Shown here: one piece after another, positions 19,091-27,936 of the stretch
Position numbering within the stretch: position 1 is the stretch's first letter
How the letters are laid out: the number at the start of each line of letters is the position of its first letter
NCBI GenBank assembly: GCA_037724245.1
Contig: JBBJOX010000002.1
Span: 1-32,296 of the forward strand
Origin: Thermomicrobiales bacterium
Lineage (GTDB): Bacteria > Chloroflexota > Chloroflexia > Thermomicrobiales > UBA6265
Length of the DNA stretch: 32,296 bases
Reading direction: 5' to 3'
Made by a program: the position numbers and the translations under genes
Notes under the pieces: generated by a model
What the model saw: the letters and a program-made list of their open reading frames with translations, nothing else
Told to the model about the DNA's origin: nothing
Database searches by the model: none

Positions 19091-19352
19091 GAAGGTGACC
19101 GGGGGATGAAGCTGTAGCACGTTGAAACTCCGTTGACGATGAAGCACGCGATCGGACTGAGCATTGTCCGTTCCTGTACGTTCAAGTCTAGGAAACCGGT
19201 GCCTTCCGGATATGGTGGCTAACCGGAAGACCGATGGTAGTGATTTTCGGTAGGGGCGGGGATCAGGGCCACCGGCGATGCCCATGCCCAAGGTTTGCGG
19301 GACGGATCGATCAGATCAAAGACAGGCTCGGAACCTGCGGCCGAAGTTAGTC

Positions 19353-20504
19353 CTAGCCGTGGAGTTGCAGGCTCTGATTGGCTGTTTTTTGGGCGGCGAA
19401 GCGGGCGAGGGCGAAAGGTGCAATCGGGAGCGAGGTCGATCCGTCCAGCACGAGATCGGCCAGGATCGAACCAGTGATTGGTCCGAGGCAGAAGCCGTGA
19501 CCGCTGAAGCCGGCGGCGATGTGCAAGCCGTCGATATCGGGCGAACGTTCGATCACCGGCAGAACATCCGGTGTGCGATCGATCAGCCCACCCCAGACCT
19601 GGGCCACGCGAAGGTCGGCGATGCCGGGCAGCACGCGGATCGAACTCTGGATCGTGTCGGCAATCTGCTGCACGGTTGGCTGCACATTGAAGGCATCGTG
19701 ATCTGTTCCGGGCCATGGCGTATTGCCGACGGTCAGGCGGAACCGGCCGTCCACCTGCTGCCGACCGGCGAACCGACCGGACGCAATACCGATCACCTGA
19801 TCGAGCATCGGCGGGGCGGGAACGGTTTGTACAGCCGGGACGTGCGTCAACTGCATCGGAAAGCTGAGGCCCAGCGGTGCGAGCAATCGGGGTGTGTAGA
19901 CACCGGCCGCAACGATCACCGCATCGGCGGGATAGGATGCGCCGATCGTCTCGACCCCGGTCACCTTGCCATTCAGTGTCGTGATCGCCGTCACTTTGAT
20001 CCCGGTCACGAGTGTTGCACCAGCACGAAGCGCGGCCGCAGCAAATGCCTGCACAGATTTGGTCGGATTGGCATGACCGTCGGTGGCGCAGAACGACGCA
20101 GCGTGTACGTTGTCGGTGACAGCAGGAGCGATTGCCCGGATATCGGCGACCGAATCAAGAAAGGTCATGCTGATTCCGGCGGCGTTTCCAACATCGACCA
20201 CCGTCGAGATCGTCAGCACGTCCTCGGCCTCGAGGGCGAGCCGCAGGTTGCCGAGCTGACGGTATTCCGTATTCGCACCCAGTTCCTCGTCGAGTGTTTT
20301 CCAGCGTTTGACTGCGGCTTCGGCGAGCGGCAGCTCGGCCGGATGGCGGCCGGATTGCCGAACTCCGGCCAATGTCCAGCCGGAGGCCATACTGGCGAGT
20401 TCGCCGCGTTCGAGTAAGGTGACTGATGCGCCGCGGCGGGCCAGCTCGTAGGCGGCTGCGGTCCCACTGATTCCACCACCGATGATGACGACCTGCGCAC
20501 TCAC
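19353..20504 (-). CDS. FAD-dependent oxidoreductase, DAO family (glycine/D-amino-acid/sarcosine oxidase-like)
   Basis: VVIIGGGISGTAAAYELARRGASVTLLERGE is the dinucleotide-binding motif. I prefer GTG 20504 because AAGGAG lies 8 nt upstream; the track start at 20546 adds 14 codons. Confidence 0.85.
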   Translation of the reverse strand: MSAQVVIIGGGISGTAAAYELARRGASVTLLERGELASMASGWTLAGVRQSGRHPAELPLAEAAVKRWKTLDEELGANTEYRQLGNLRLALEAEDVLTISTVVDVGNAAGISMTFLDSVADIRAIAPAVTDNVHAASFCATDGHANPTKSVQAFAAAALRAGATLVTGIKVTAITTLNGKVTGVETIGASYPADAVIVAAGVYTPRLLAPLGLSFPMQLTHVPAVQTVPAPPMLDQVIGIASGRFAGRQQVDGRFRLTVGNTPWPGTDHDAFNVQPTVQQIADTIQSSIRVLPGIADLRVAQVWGGLIDRTPDVLPVIERSPDIDGLHIAAGFSGHGFCLGPITGSILADLVLDGSTSLPIAPFALARFAAQKTANQSLQLHG

Positions 20505-20710
20505 GATGTGTACTCCTTGTAATGTTATGGGCCGATACGTCGACACTGGTTATCTGGACTTGAGGGTTTCCGTAGGGTCATCATCAAAAAGAAAATCGCT
20601 TGCGATGTAGCGGATGCGATCCATTGTCTGTAACCTGAAGTTTTTCGCCCCCAAAACCCGGTAGAGCCCAGCTCTGCGCCTACCGTTGGAGGAATGGCAG
20701 GTGGGTATGG

Positions 20711-21616
20711 TCAGGCTTTCGATCGTGGATCGAGCACATCCCGCAAGCCGTCGCCGACCAGATTGAAGGCAAAGACGGTAATCAGCAAGGCCACTCCCGG
20801 AGCCAGGCTGAGCATCGGCAGATTCGCGAGGTACGTCGTTCCTTCTCGAATCATCTGTCCCCACGTTGCCGTCGGTGGCGGAACGCCAAGCCCGATGAAA
20901 CTGAGACTGGCTTCGAGGCGGATTGCCGAGGCCGTCCACAGGCTCGCCAGCACCACAAGCTCGCCACCGATGTTCGGGAGAATATGCTTACCGAGAATGA
21001 TTGCGTTGTTCTGACCAACGGCTCTCGCTGCCTCGACGAACTCTTTCTCCTTGAGACCAAGTGTGGGACCGTAAGCGATGCGAGCGAAACGCGGCGTGAT
21101 CGTCAGCGCGATCGCGATGATCAGCTTGTCCATCCCGGAACCAAGAACCGCCATCACGAGGAGACCGGTAATCAGGTCCGGAAACGACAGCATGATATCG
21201 ACGAGGCGCATCAGCGCCGCTTCGAGTTTGCCACCGAAGTAGGCAGCGACCACGCCGATCGTCGTCCCCAGAATGCCACCGAGCACCACCGAGATCACAC
21301 CGACCTGCAAGGCAACGCGCGTGCCGTAGAGAATCCGCGAGAGCACATCGCGACCGAAGGCGTCGCGACCGAGCCAGTGCTCGGCCGATGGCCCCTGCAG
21401 GCGATTGATCGTGCTTTGGGTCATCGGGCTATGGGGCGAAATCAGTGGCGCCAGCAGCGCCACAACCACGATGAGCACGATCAGGACCAACCCGACCAGT
21501 GCCGATTTGTTACGCGAAAATGTGCGCCAGGCCCGTTGCCGTTGTGAAATCAGCTTGATCGGAGCACGTGGCGATGCAGCACCGCCAGTTGTACTCCGGG
21601 ACGTCGTTGCTGCCAT
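20711..21616 (-). CDS. ABC transporter permease, peptide/nickel (DppC/OppC-like)
   Basis: 301 aa with about 6 TM segments, an N-terminal OppC-type extension, and an EAA-like loop (FVEAARAVGQNNAIILGKHILPN). Confidence 0.9.
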   Translation of the reverse strand: MAATTSRSTTGGAASPRAPIKLISQRQRAWRTFSRNKSALVGLVLIVLIVVVALLAPLISPHSPMTQSTINRLQGPSAEHWLGRDAFGRDVLSRILYGTRVALQVGVISVVLGGILGTTIGVVAAYFGGKLEAALMRLVDIMLSFPDLITGLLVMAVLGSGMDKLIIAIALTITPRFARIAYGPTLGLKEKEFVEAARAVGQNNAIILGKHILPNIGGELVVLASLWTASAIRLEASLSFIGLGVPPPTATWGQMIREGTTYLANLPMLSLAPGVALLITVFAFNLVGDGLRDVLDPRSKA

Positions 21617-21617
21617 G

Positions 21618-22556
21618 TTAGCGCCTCATCCTGGGATCGACCCACGTATAGATGATATCCACGATTATGTTCACAATAATGATGATCAGGGCGTAAATGA
21701 CCATGATCGCCTGCAGCAGGTTGTAGTCCCGGGTTTTCGTGGCTCCGACCATCAGTTTGCCAAGCCCGGGTCGGGCGAAGACTTCCTCGGTGAGCACCGA
21801 ACTGCCGATCAGGCCAATCGTGAAGATACCGGTCAGGGCAACGATCGGCACCATCGCCGGTCGCAACGCGTGACGGATCATCACGACGCGATTGACCAGA
21901 CCCTTGGCCCGGGCCGTTCGCACGTAATCATCGGAAAGCACATTCAGCATTACGGATCGTGTCATACGGGTGACGTACGCTGTTTCGACGAGACCCAGCG
22001 TGATGGCAGGCAGCACCAGGGAGTGGAGATTGGCTGCTGGCTCCGAGAACGTTCCCGCCCCGATCGCTGGAAACCAGCCGGCCCTGGCCGACAGAAAATA
22101 CATCAGCAACAACCCGATATAGAACGCGGGGGCGGACAGCCCGGCCAGCGAAACCACGCGAACCAGATAATCGACCCAGGTATTCTGCCGGATCGCTGTA
22201 ATCACACCACCGGGAATGCCGATGGCCAGCGCGATCAGAATAGCGGCAAGTGTCAGTTCAAGCGTATAGGGTATGACATAACGAATTTGATCCCAGGCAG
22301 GTTGACGGGTGACCAGGGAATCGCCGAGATCGCCCTGAACCAGACCACCGAGATAGGTTACATATTGTTTCCAGATCGGCTCGTCCAGCCCCATTTGCGT
22401 GCGCAGCGCCGCCAGCGATTCGTCGGTCGCGTTGTCGCCGAGAACAGCCTGGGCCGGATCGCCAGGGATCACCCGGACGATCAGGAAAATGATAGTCAGC
22501 ACCGCGAACATGGTGGGTATGGCGAGCAGCAGTCGCTTCAGTATCAGCCTTAGCAC
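21618..22556 (-). CDS. ABC transporter permease, peptide/nickel (DppB/OppB-like)
   Basis: 312 aa. Typical OppB start MLRLILKRLLLAIPTMF...VIPGDP, and an EAA-like loop (DDYVRTARAKGL). GTG start. Confidence 0.9.
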   Translation of the reverse strand: MLRLILKRLLLAIPTMFAVLTIIFLIVRVIPGDPAQAVLGDNATDESLAALRTQMGLDEPIWKQYVTYLGGLVQGDLGDSLVTRQPAWDQIRYVIPYTLELTLAAILIALAIGIPGGVITAIRQNTWVDYLVRVVSLAGLSAPAFYIGLLLMYFLSARAGWFPAIGAGTFSEPAANLHSLVLPAITLGLVETAYVTRMTRSVMLNVLSDDYVRTARAKGLVNRVVMIRHALRPAMVPIVALTGIFTIGLIGSSVLTEEVFARPGLGKLMVGATKTRDYNLLQAIMVIYALIIIIVNIIVDIIYTWVDPRMRR

Positions 22557-22592
22557 GCGCTCCCCTTCGATTTAGACACGGCTACTGCTCCT

Positions 22593-22630
22593 CTAAAAAG
22601 AAAACAGGCGGCGTCAGCCCACGCCGCCTG
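22593..22630 (-). terminator. intercistronic rho-independent terminator/attenuator between the SBP and permease genes
   Basis: Minus strand reads CAGGCGGCGT-GGGCTG-ACGCCGCCTG followed by TTTTCTTTTTAG. A second 9-bp hairpin lies at 22654-22681. Confidence 0.6.
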
Positions 22631-22692
22631 CTCCTCCGGTGATCAACCTCACCACCGGGTCGAAGCTGGCTCCGACCCGGTTCCTGTCGTGA

Positions 22693-24294
22693 TTATCCGG
22701 TAATGGTGGTCGTCTCGTCGATGCCCGGGTAGAGCTGGGGAATCGAGACGAGTTCGTGCCCGTAATCGACAGTGTTTGCGCGGGCATAGACCTGATTCGT
22801 GTACATCAGACCGTAGGCCGCGAAATTCTGCTCGATGGTGACATTAATCGCCTGCCAGGCAGCAATCTGCGCGTCCGGATCGATTTCGGCTCGTGCCGCA
22901 GCGATTTCAGCGTCGAGCGTGAACTTCGAGAAGTTCGTGCTGCCGCCACCGGTCGTGAAGAACGTGCTCAGGTAGGTATCGGCCGAAGGTCGATAGGCGA
23001 TGTAGATCGTGATCGCGTTCGAACCTTCGCGAATCTGTTCGTGCATCGAGGCGTGCTGCACGGATTGCAGCTCGACAGTGATCCCGATCTGGGCCAGCTC
23101 TTCCTGAAGCACGGTGTAGTTCGTCAGGTAGGCGGACTGCTCGGATGTCACGAGATTGAGGGTGAAGCCATCGGCATAGCCAGCTTCAGCCATCAATTCC
23201 TTGGCGCGATCGATGTCCTGTGCGTAATTGACTCCGGCGGCATCTGCCTCTTCGACAGAAAGCGAGCCCGGAACGAGTCCCGATGGCACAACCGAGTAAA
23301 TCGGCTCGGCAACCGGGGAACCAGCCAAGGCGACATGATTGTCGCGGCTGACTGCCAGCAGAACGGCCTCACGAACCAGCGGATCGGACAGATACTCGTT
23401 GGTCACATCGAGGTTCAGCCAAACGGCTTCACCGACACCAAAGACATCGGCGGTGTAATCGCCGAGACCGTTGATGCGATCGACGAACTGTGCTTCGGGC
23501 AGACCATTGATGACATGGAGTTCGCCGGATTGCAGACCGAGTTCACGGGCGGTGTTGTCGGCGATGTATCGAACTTCAACTCCGGCCAGTTGTGGCGCGC
23601 CGCGGAAGTAGGATTCGTTGGCAACCAGCGCAGTGCTGGTTTGCGGGGTGTAGGCGGAGAACATGAACGGCCCGGTACCAACCGGTGCATTCATGAATCC
23701 ATCAGCACCGAGCGCCTCGTAGGCCTGCTGGCAGATGATGTATCCACCGGAGTAGTTGGCGAACTTCGGCATGAACACGGCCGGACCAATTGGCTCGGCA
23801 ACGATCACCTTGACCGTCACATCATCGACCATTTCGAAGGTCATTCCTGCATAGTCAGCAGAGACACCGGATGTCTCGACTGTCGCTGCTTTTTGCAGGG
23901 AGAAAACGACATCGGCAGCCGTCAGCGGATAGGCTTCCGATGACGCACTTGGATGGCACATGGCATCGGTGCGCAGCGTGAATGTCCACGACTGCGTGCC
24001 ATCGGCTTCAGCAACTGGTTCCGGGACCGCAGTCGCCAGATCCGCTTCGAAGGTCGAGGCATCGCCCGGTGTGAACCGAACCAGGCCGTTGAACATCATG
24101 TCGACGACGGTTCGATCCTGTGTGCCCGAGGCAAAATGTGGATCGAGAAAGGCCTTGTCACCCGAGTTGGTGCCAAGGATCAGTGTCTGTCGTTCTTCCT
24201 GAGCCGAAACAGTGCTGAACATGGCACCGAACGACGTCAGCAAGATGACGACAACACCGAGCATGGAGAGAGAGCGGGTCCGTCTACTCGTCAT
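22693..24294 (-). CDS. ABC transporter substrate-binding protein, family 5 (peptide/nickel)
   Basis: ATG 24294 (RBS GGAGGA) gives MTSRRTRSLSMLGVVVILLTSFGAMFSTVSAQEE, a signal peptide, followed by an SBP_bac_5-like body. The remaining about 475 N-terminal codons of the 1009-aa track ORF are antisense to the peptidase gene and were rejected. Confidence 0.9.
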   Translation of the reverse strand: MTSRRTRSLSMLGVVVILLTSFGAMFSTVSAQEERQTLILGTNSGDKAFLDPHFASGTQDRTVVDMMFNGLVRFTPGDASTFEADLATAVPEPVAEADGTQSWTFTLRTDAMCHPSASSEAYPLTAADVVFSLQKAATVETSGVSADYAGMTFEMVDDVTVKVIVAEPIGPAVFMPKFANYSGGYIICQQAYEALGADGFMNAPVGTGPFMFSAYTPQTSTALVANESYFRGAPQLAGVEVRYIADNTARELGLQSGELHVINGLPEAQFVDRINGLGDYTADVFGVGEAVWLNLDVTNEYLSDPLVREAVLLAVSRDNHVALAGSPVAEPIYSVVPSGLVPGSLSVEEADAAGVNYAQDIDRAKELMAEAGYADGFTLNLVTSEQSAYLTNYTVLQEELAQIGITVELQSVQHASMHEQIREGSNAITIYIAYRPSADTYLSTFFTTGGGSTNFSKFTLDAEIAAARAEIDPDAQIAAWQAINVTIEQNFAAYGLMYTNQVYARANTVDYGHELVSIPQLYPGIDETTTITG

Positions 24295-24600
24295 AGTTCC
24301 TCCCGGAAAGTCCTGTTTCATGCCGACACCAATGTCGACATTCGCGTTCCCCGTCCGCATGACGAGAATCGATCGTCGAACCGCCCGCAAACCCGGATCT
24401 GGATGTGCGATGTTCGACATAGGCAACGAGCCCACGTTGCGGTCGCGTGCCGCAGTGCCTTCCTTTCTCGTTTGCTTGATACGAATGTAGCAGAAACAGG
24501 CACTGCAGGCCGGAAAATGGCCACCAACAGGCTGATGTGCTGATGTCATCCTGCCATAGAATGTGATCTGGGAACGACGTCCCTCATTCCGGAGACATCT

Positions 24601-26181
24601 GTGCTCGAATCCCGACGTTTCAGAATTGCCCTGCGCTTGTGCAGGGAACACAAGGCGATCCACATTGGATTCGTGATTCTCCTGCTGTCTGGCCTGGTAC
24701 CGGGTCCGGTTTCCGCCCAGACACCGCCCTCGACCCCGGTGGCGACCGATGAACCATTTCCCGAGTACGAAATGGATCTCTTCTTCGATCCATCGAAGCG
24801 AAGTATCGAAGGATCGCTCAGCGTCGAATGGACGAATACGACCGGCGGCGAACAATCCGATATCTACTTCCGCCTCTATCCCAACGCGGACTATTACGGA
24901 AATGGAGAGACACTTGTCGGCGAGGTGAATGTCGATGGTCAACCGGTTGAGACGGAGATTCAGGACGATCCGACCGTCCTGCAGGTGACGCCGCCAGCAC
25001 CCGTGGCCGCTGGCGATTCCGTCACGATCGGCCTGCAGTTCCTGACCGTAATTCCGGTCGATTCCGCCGCCGGATTTGGCATTTTCCAGCACGACAGCCA
25101 GGCCGATATCTGGAATCTGGCCGACTGGTACCCGATTCTGGCCGGATATGAACAGGAAACCGGCTGGTATCTGCAGGAACCGACGCCGTTCGGCGATCCC
25201 ACGTTCAGCGAAACGTCCCGTTACGATGTCACGATCGAAATCCCTGACACCATGCTCCTGATTTCGACGGGTGAAACCACGGCCACCCAGCCGGGTCTGG
25301 CGGGAACGAGCAAGCAGTCCATCGAAACCGGCCCGGCTCGTGAGTTCGCGATGACGTTGCTGCCGGCCGACGTCGAGCAGGTCGCAACCGCCGCCGCCGA
25401 TGTGACGATTCAGGTCACCCTGCCTCGCGATCGCTCGGTTCCCGGTCTCGCCGAGTTCATGGCAGAGACTGCGGCCGGTGCACTGAAGCAATACGAACTG
25501 TGGATGGGAGACTATCCATCGCCCGAACTCGATATCAGCGTGGCCGATCTGAGCGGCGCTAACGCAGTTTCGTGGAGTGGCACCACCTGGTTTGGTCTCG
25601 AATCGATCGTTGCCGATGGTGAACTTTCGGAGGAAGAGAAAGTTGGGCTGGCCTTCGTGATTCTGCACGAGGTGGGACACCAGTGGATTGCCGACATCGT
25701 GGGCTCGAACAACAACGATCACGGATTCATGACCGAAGGGCTGGTCAACGCGCTGGCGGTGCTGGCGGCGAATGACATCTACGGAGCCGATCGAGCAGAT
25801 GTCTATCTCCGCTCGTGGGTTGCTGGTCCCTACTCGTCGCTGCTGAACGATGGTCGCGACGGAATCGCCGACGCCCCGATCAGCAACGAGACGATCGGCG
25901 TCCTGCGCACACTGCTTGTTTATGGAAAAGCCGCTGTCGGCTTCATCGCGATCTGGAACGATCTGGGCGAAACCGCGTTTCTCGATGCACTCGAAGCGTA
26001 TAGTCGCGAGTTTCGCTTCGCGATCAGCGAGCCAGACGATTTAATGGGGGCGTTCGAGGATGCTGCCGACGCGGAACTCGACGAACTGTGGTCGTTCTGG
26101 TTCAGTGAAGCGGACGCGACGCGGGAAGATCTGGATGCGGTGCTCGAAGCCTGTACTGCCGAACTTCAGGCTGCGAGCTGA
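24601..26181 (+). CDS. secreted M1-family (gluzincin) zinc metallopeptidase-like protein
   Basis: 526 aa. Signal peptide ...FVILLLSGLVPGPVSAQ. HEVGH-X18-E (H356-H360, E379). The position that should hold GAMEN reads GANAV. GTG start with GGAG upstream. Confidence 0.85.
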   Translation: MLESRRFRIALRLCREHKAIHIGFVILLLSGLVPGPVSAQTPPSTPVATDEPFPEYEMDLFFDPSKRSIEGSLSVEWTNTTGGEQSDIYFRLYPNADYYGNGETLVGEVNVDGQPVETEIQDDPTVLQVTPPAPVAAGDSVTIGLQFLTVIPVDSAAGFGIFQHDSQADIWNLADWYPILAGYEQETGWYLQEPTPFGDPTFSETSRYDVTIEIPDTMLLISTGETTATQPGLAGTSKQSIETGPAREFAMTLLPADVEQVATAAADVTIQVTLPRDRSVPGLAEFMAETAAGALKQYELWMGDYPSPELDISVADLSGANAVSWSGTTWFGLESIVADGELSEEEKVGLAFVILHEVGHQWIADIVGSNNNDHGFMTEGLVNALAVLAANDIYGADRADVYLRSWVAGPYSSLLNDGRDGIADAPISNETIGVLRTLLVYGKAAVGFIAIWNDLGETAFLDALEAYSREFRFAISEPDDLMGAFEDAADAELDELWSFWFSEADATREDLDAVLEACTAELQAAS

Positions 26182-26320
26182 TCGGTCGGCGCCCAGTTTC
26201 AGAATGCTGACGATCTGAAATCGCGATTCTATCCGCGAAATCAATCCACTTGTCATGGTTTCAACGCTATGCTCACTGTCGTTACTGTGAACGGTCGGTT
26301 TATGAGGAGAACGTTTTCGC

Positions 26321-27697
26321 ATGTGCGCCGCTTCGCAACAGGTATCCGGGTCCAGCCAATCAGAAACCGTGACGACCTTGAACATCATCGGACCGGCCTC
26401 GGCCTCGGTGGGGCTCGGAAGTCGGATCGATATCCAGATTCCATCGTTTAACCAGACCTGGCTCGATGCCGAACGTGATTTCGGGACCGTGGGCGATGGT
26501 GTGGCAGACGATACGATTGCCTTGAATAGCGCGATCCAGGCGTCCGGTGCGCAACGGCGACCACTGATCATCCCGGCGGGATCCTACAAGATCAGCACCC
26601 AGATGCTCGTTCCCAGCAACGCCGTCATTTTTGGATACGGTGCCGTGCTGCTGAACTACACCGATGTCGTGCCGGAAGAGAGCTATCTCGGTGTCGCCCT
26701 CGTTGTCTCGTCGGAGCGCGCCGATTCTCCGGTCACCGATGTCAAGATTTACGGAATCGAGATAGATGGTCGCCGCGCCAGTCAGACCGTGGGCAAGGCC
26801 GGACTCAAGGTTCAGGGAAATGTCCGCAACCTGCTGGTCAAGGATTGCTACTTTCACGACAACTCGACCGACGGCTGGCTGATGATCCGCTCATCGCTGG
26901 GGGACGATCTGATTCCGGAGCACTGCGTGTTCGAAGACGTCGTCTGCCTGAACAACAGTCGGCAGGGAGCGTCGATCTCGGTCGGACGTCACATCGTCAT
27001 CCGGGGCGGAGACTATTCGCAGACGGGCGGCGAGCCACCTTCGGCCGGCATTGATATCGAGCCGGACGTGCCGGGCACTGCCTGCGAGAACATCCTGATT
27101 CAGGGAGTCCGCTTCGCCGATAACGCCGGAGCCGGGTTGCTCTTCGATTACGTGGGCGCGGGCGTCTCCCCGATCCGCAATGTGCGGGTATCCGATTGCC
27201 AGATGTCGGGCAATGGATTTTCCGGGGTAACCATTCGCGCCGCCGAGGGTGTGTCGCTGCGCAACTGTCTGATCGACAACAATCTCGACTCGGGTATCGA
27301 ACTCAATACCTATGAGCAAAGTCCACTGATCGATATTCAGGTTCAGGATGGGCGTATCTACAACAACGGTTCTGGCGGCGTATTTGGTGTCCTCAACAAC
27401 GATGCAACCAGCGGAAAATCCTGGAAATTTCTGAACATGGCGGTCTTCGACAATGGATACACCGATTCGGATCAGTTTCACGGAATGCAGTTCCAGGGAG
27501 TGATCGATGACATTCAGGTCATTGGATGCACCGTCCAGAACCGCACAACGGAGAATCAGGCCTACGGTTTGGTAACGGGCGAGGGAGTCACCCGACTCCG
27601 CGCCGACCTCAACAACTTCTCGGAGAATGCGCAGGGATCTGTTTCACTGCTCGACGATTTCGAAACCCGACGGTACGGCTCCAGCAACAACGAGTAG
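26321..27697 (+). CDS. right-handed parallel beta-helix repeat protein (pectate-lyase-3 / tailspike-depolymerase-like N-terminal motif)
   Basis: 458 aa. DFGTVGDGVADDTIALNSAIQA is followed by repeated beta-helix turns (e.g. VKDCYFHDNSTDG, VRFADNAGAG, VSDCQMSGNGFSG, LRNCLIDNNLDSG, GRIYNNGSGG). No signal peptide is visible. Confidence 0.75.
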   Translation: MCAASQQVSGSSQSETVTTLNIIGPASASVGLGSRIDIQIPSFNQTWLDAERDFGTVGDGVADDTIALNSAIQASGAQRRPLIIPAGSYKISTQMLVPSNAVIFGYGAVLLNYTDVVPEESYLGVALVVSSERADSPVTDVKIYGIEIDGRRASQTVGKAGLKVQGNVRNLLVKDCYFHDNSTDGWLMIRSSLGDDLIPEHCVFEDVVCLNNSRQGASISVGRHIVIRGGDYSQTGGEPPSAGIDIEPDVPGTACENILIQGVRFADNAGAGLLFDYVGAGVSPIRNVRVSDCQMSGNGFSGVTIRAAEGVSLRNCLIDNNLDSGIELNTYEQSPLIDIQVQDGRIYNNGSGGVFGVLNNDATSGKSWKFLNMAVFDNGYTDSDQFHGMQFQGVIDDIQVIGCTVQNRTTENQAYGLVTGEGVTRLRADLNNFSENAQGSVSLLDDFETRRYGSSNNE

Positions 27698-27811
27698 CTC
27701 ATATCGGCATCTCTGTGTTTCTCGAACTACGCTGATTTCCGATGACCCACCAGTTGAATACCGGAATGTTCTTTCCACCGGACCAAAGTCTGCTTGATGA
27801 AGCATGTTGCG

Positions 27812-27842
27812 CGACCTGTGTCCCTATACTTGACACAGGTCG
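27812..27842. promoter_or_regulatory. 11-bp perfect inverted repeat (candidate operator) overlapping the hsp20 -35
   Basis: CGACCTGTGTC-N9-GACACAGGTCG. The right arm overlaps TTGACA. Confidence 0.45.
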
Positions 27843-27858
27843 TATAAGACTCTACTAT
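27830..27858 (+). promoter_or_regulatory. sigma70-type promoter of hsp20
   Basis: TTGACA(27830-27835)-17 nt-TACTAT(27853-27858), about 80 nt upstream of the ATG at 27937. Confidence 0.55.
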
Positions 27859-27936
27859 AGTGCGTATCAGATGAATGAAGTCTGAAAGACCGATAAAATG
27901 GGTCTCCAACGAGACAGCGTCGAACAGGAACAAGCA

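Noticed and set aside
19091-19291. 67-codon extension upstream of the second Yip1 gene
   Set aside because: It is Arg/Pro-rich, and the paralog alignment begins exactly at M68 (19090).
20673-20684. Exact 12-mer TCTGCGCCTACC shared with 30350-30361 (a third similar copy, TCTGCAACTACC, lies at 30451-30462). Recurring GTAGGG words occur in both gaps.
   Set aside because: The flanking sequence does not align. Given about 3.5 kb of intergenic DNA compared against itself, one 12-mer match is roughly what chance allows. It is worth a genome-wide repeat search but is not claimable here.
24295-25722. N-terminal about 475 codons of the 1009-aa track ORF (22693-25722, minus strand)
   Set aside because: The recognisable substrate-binding protein starts at ATG 24294, with an RBS and a signal peptide. 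The extension is antisense to the M1 peptidase gene and crosses the divergent intergenic region.
27727-27933. 68-aa minus-strand ORF in the hsp20 upstream region
   Set aside because: It covers the hsp20 promoter and leader, has no RBS, and lies in AT-rich intergenic DNA where random ORFs arise.
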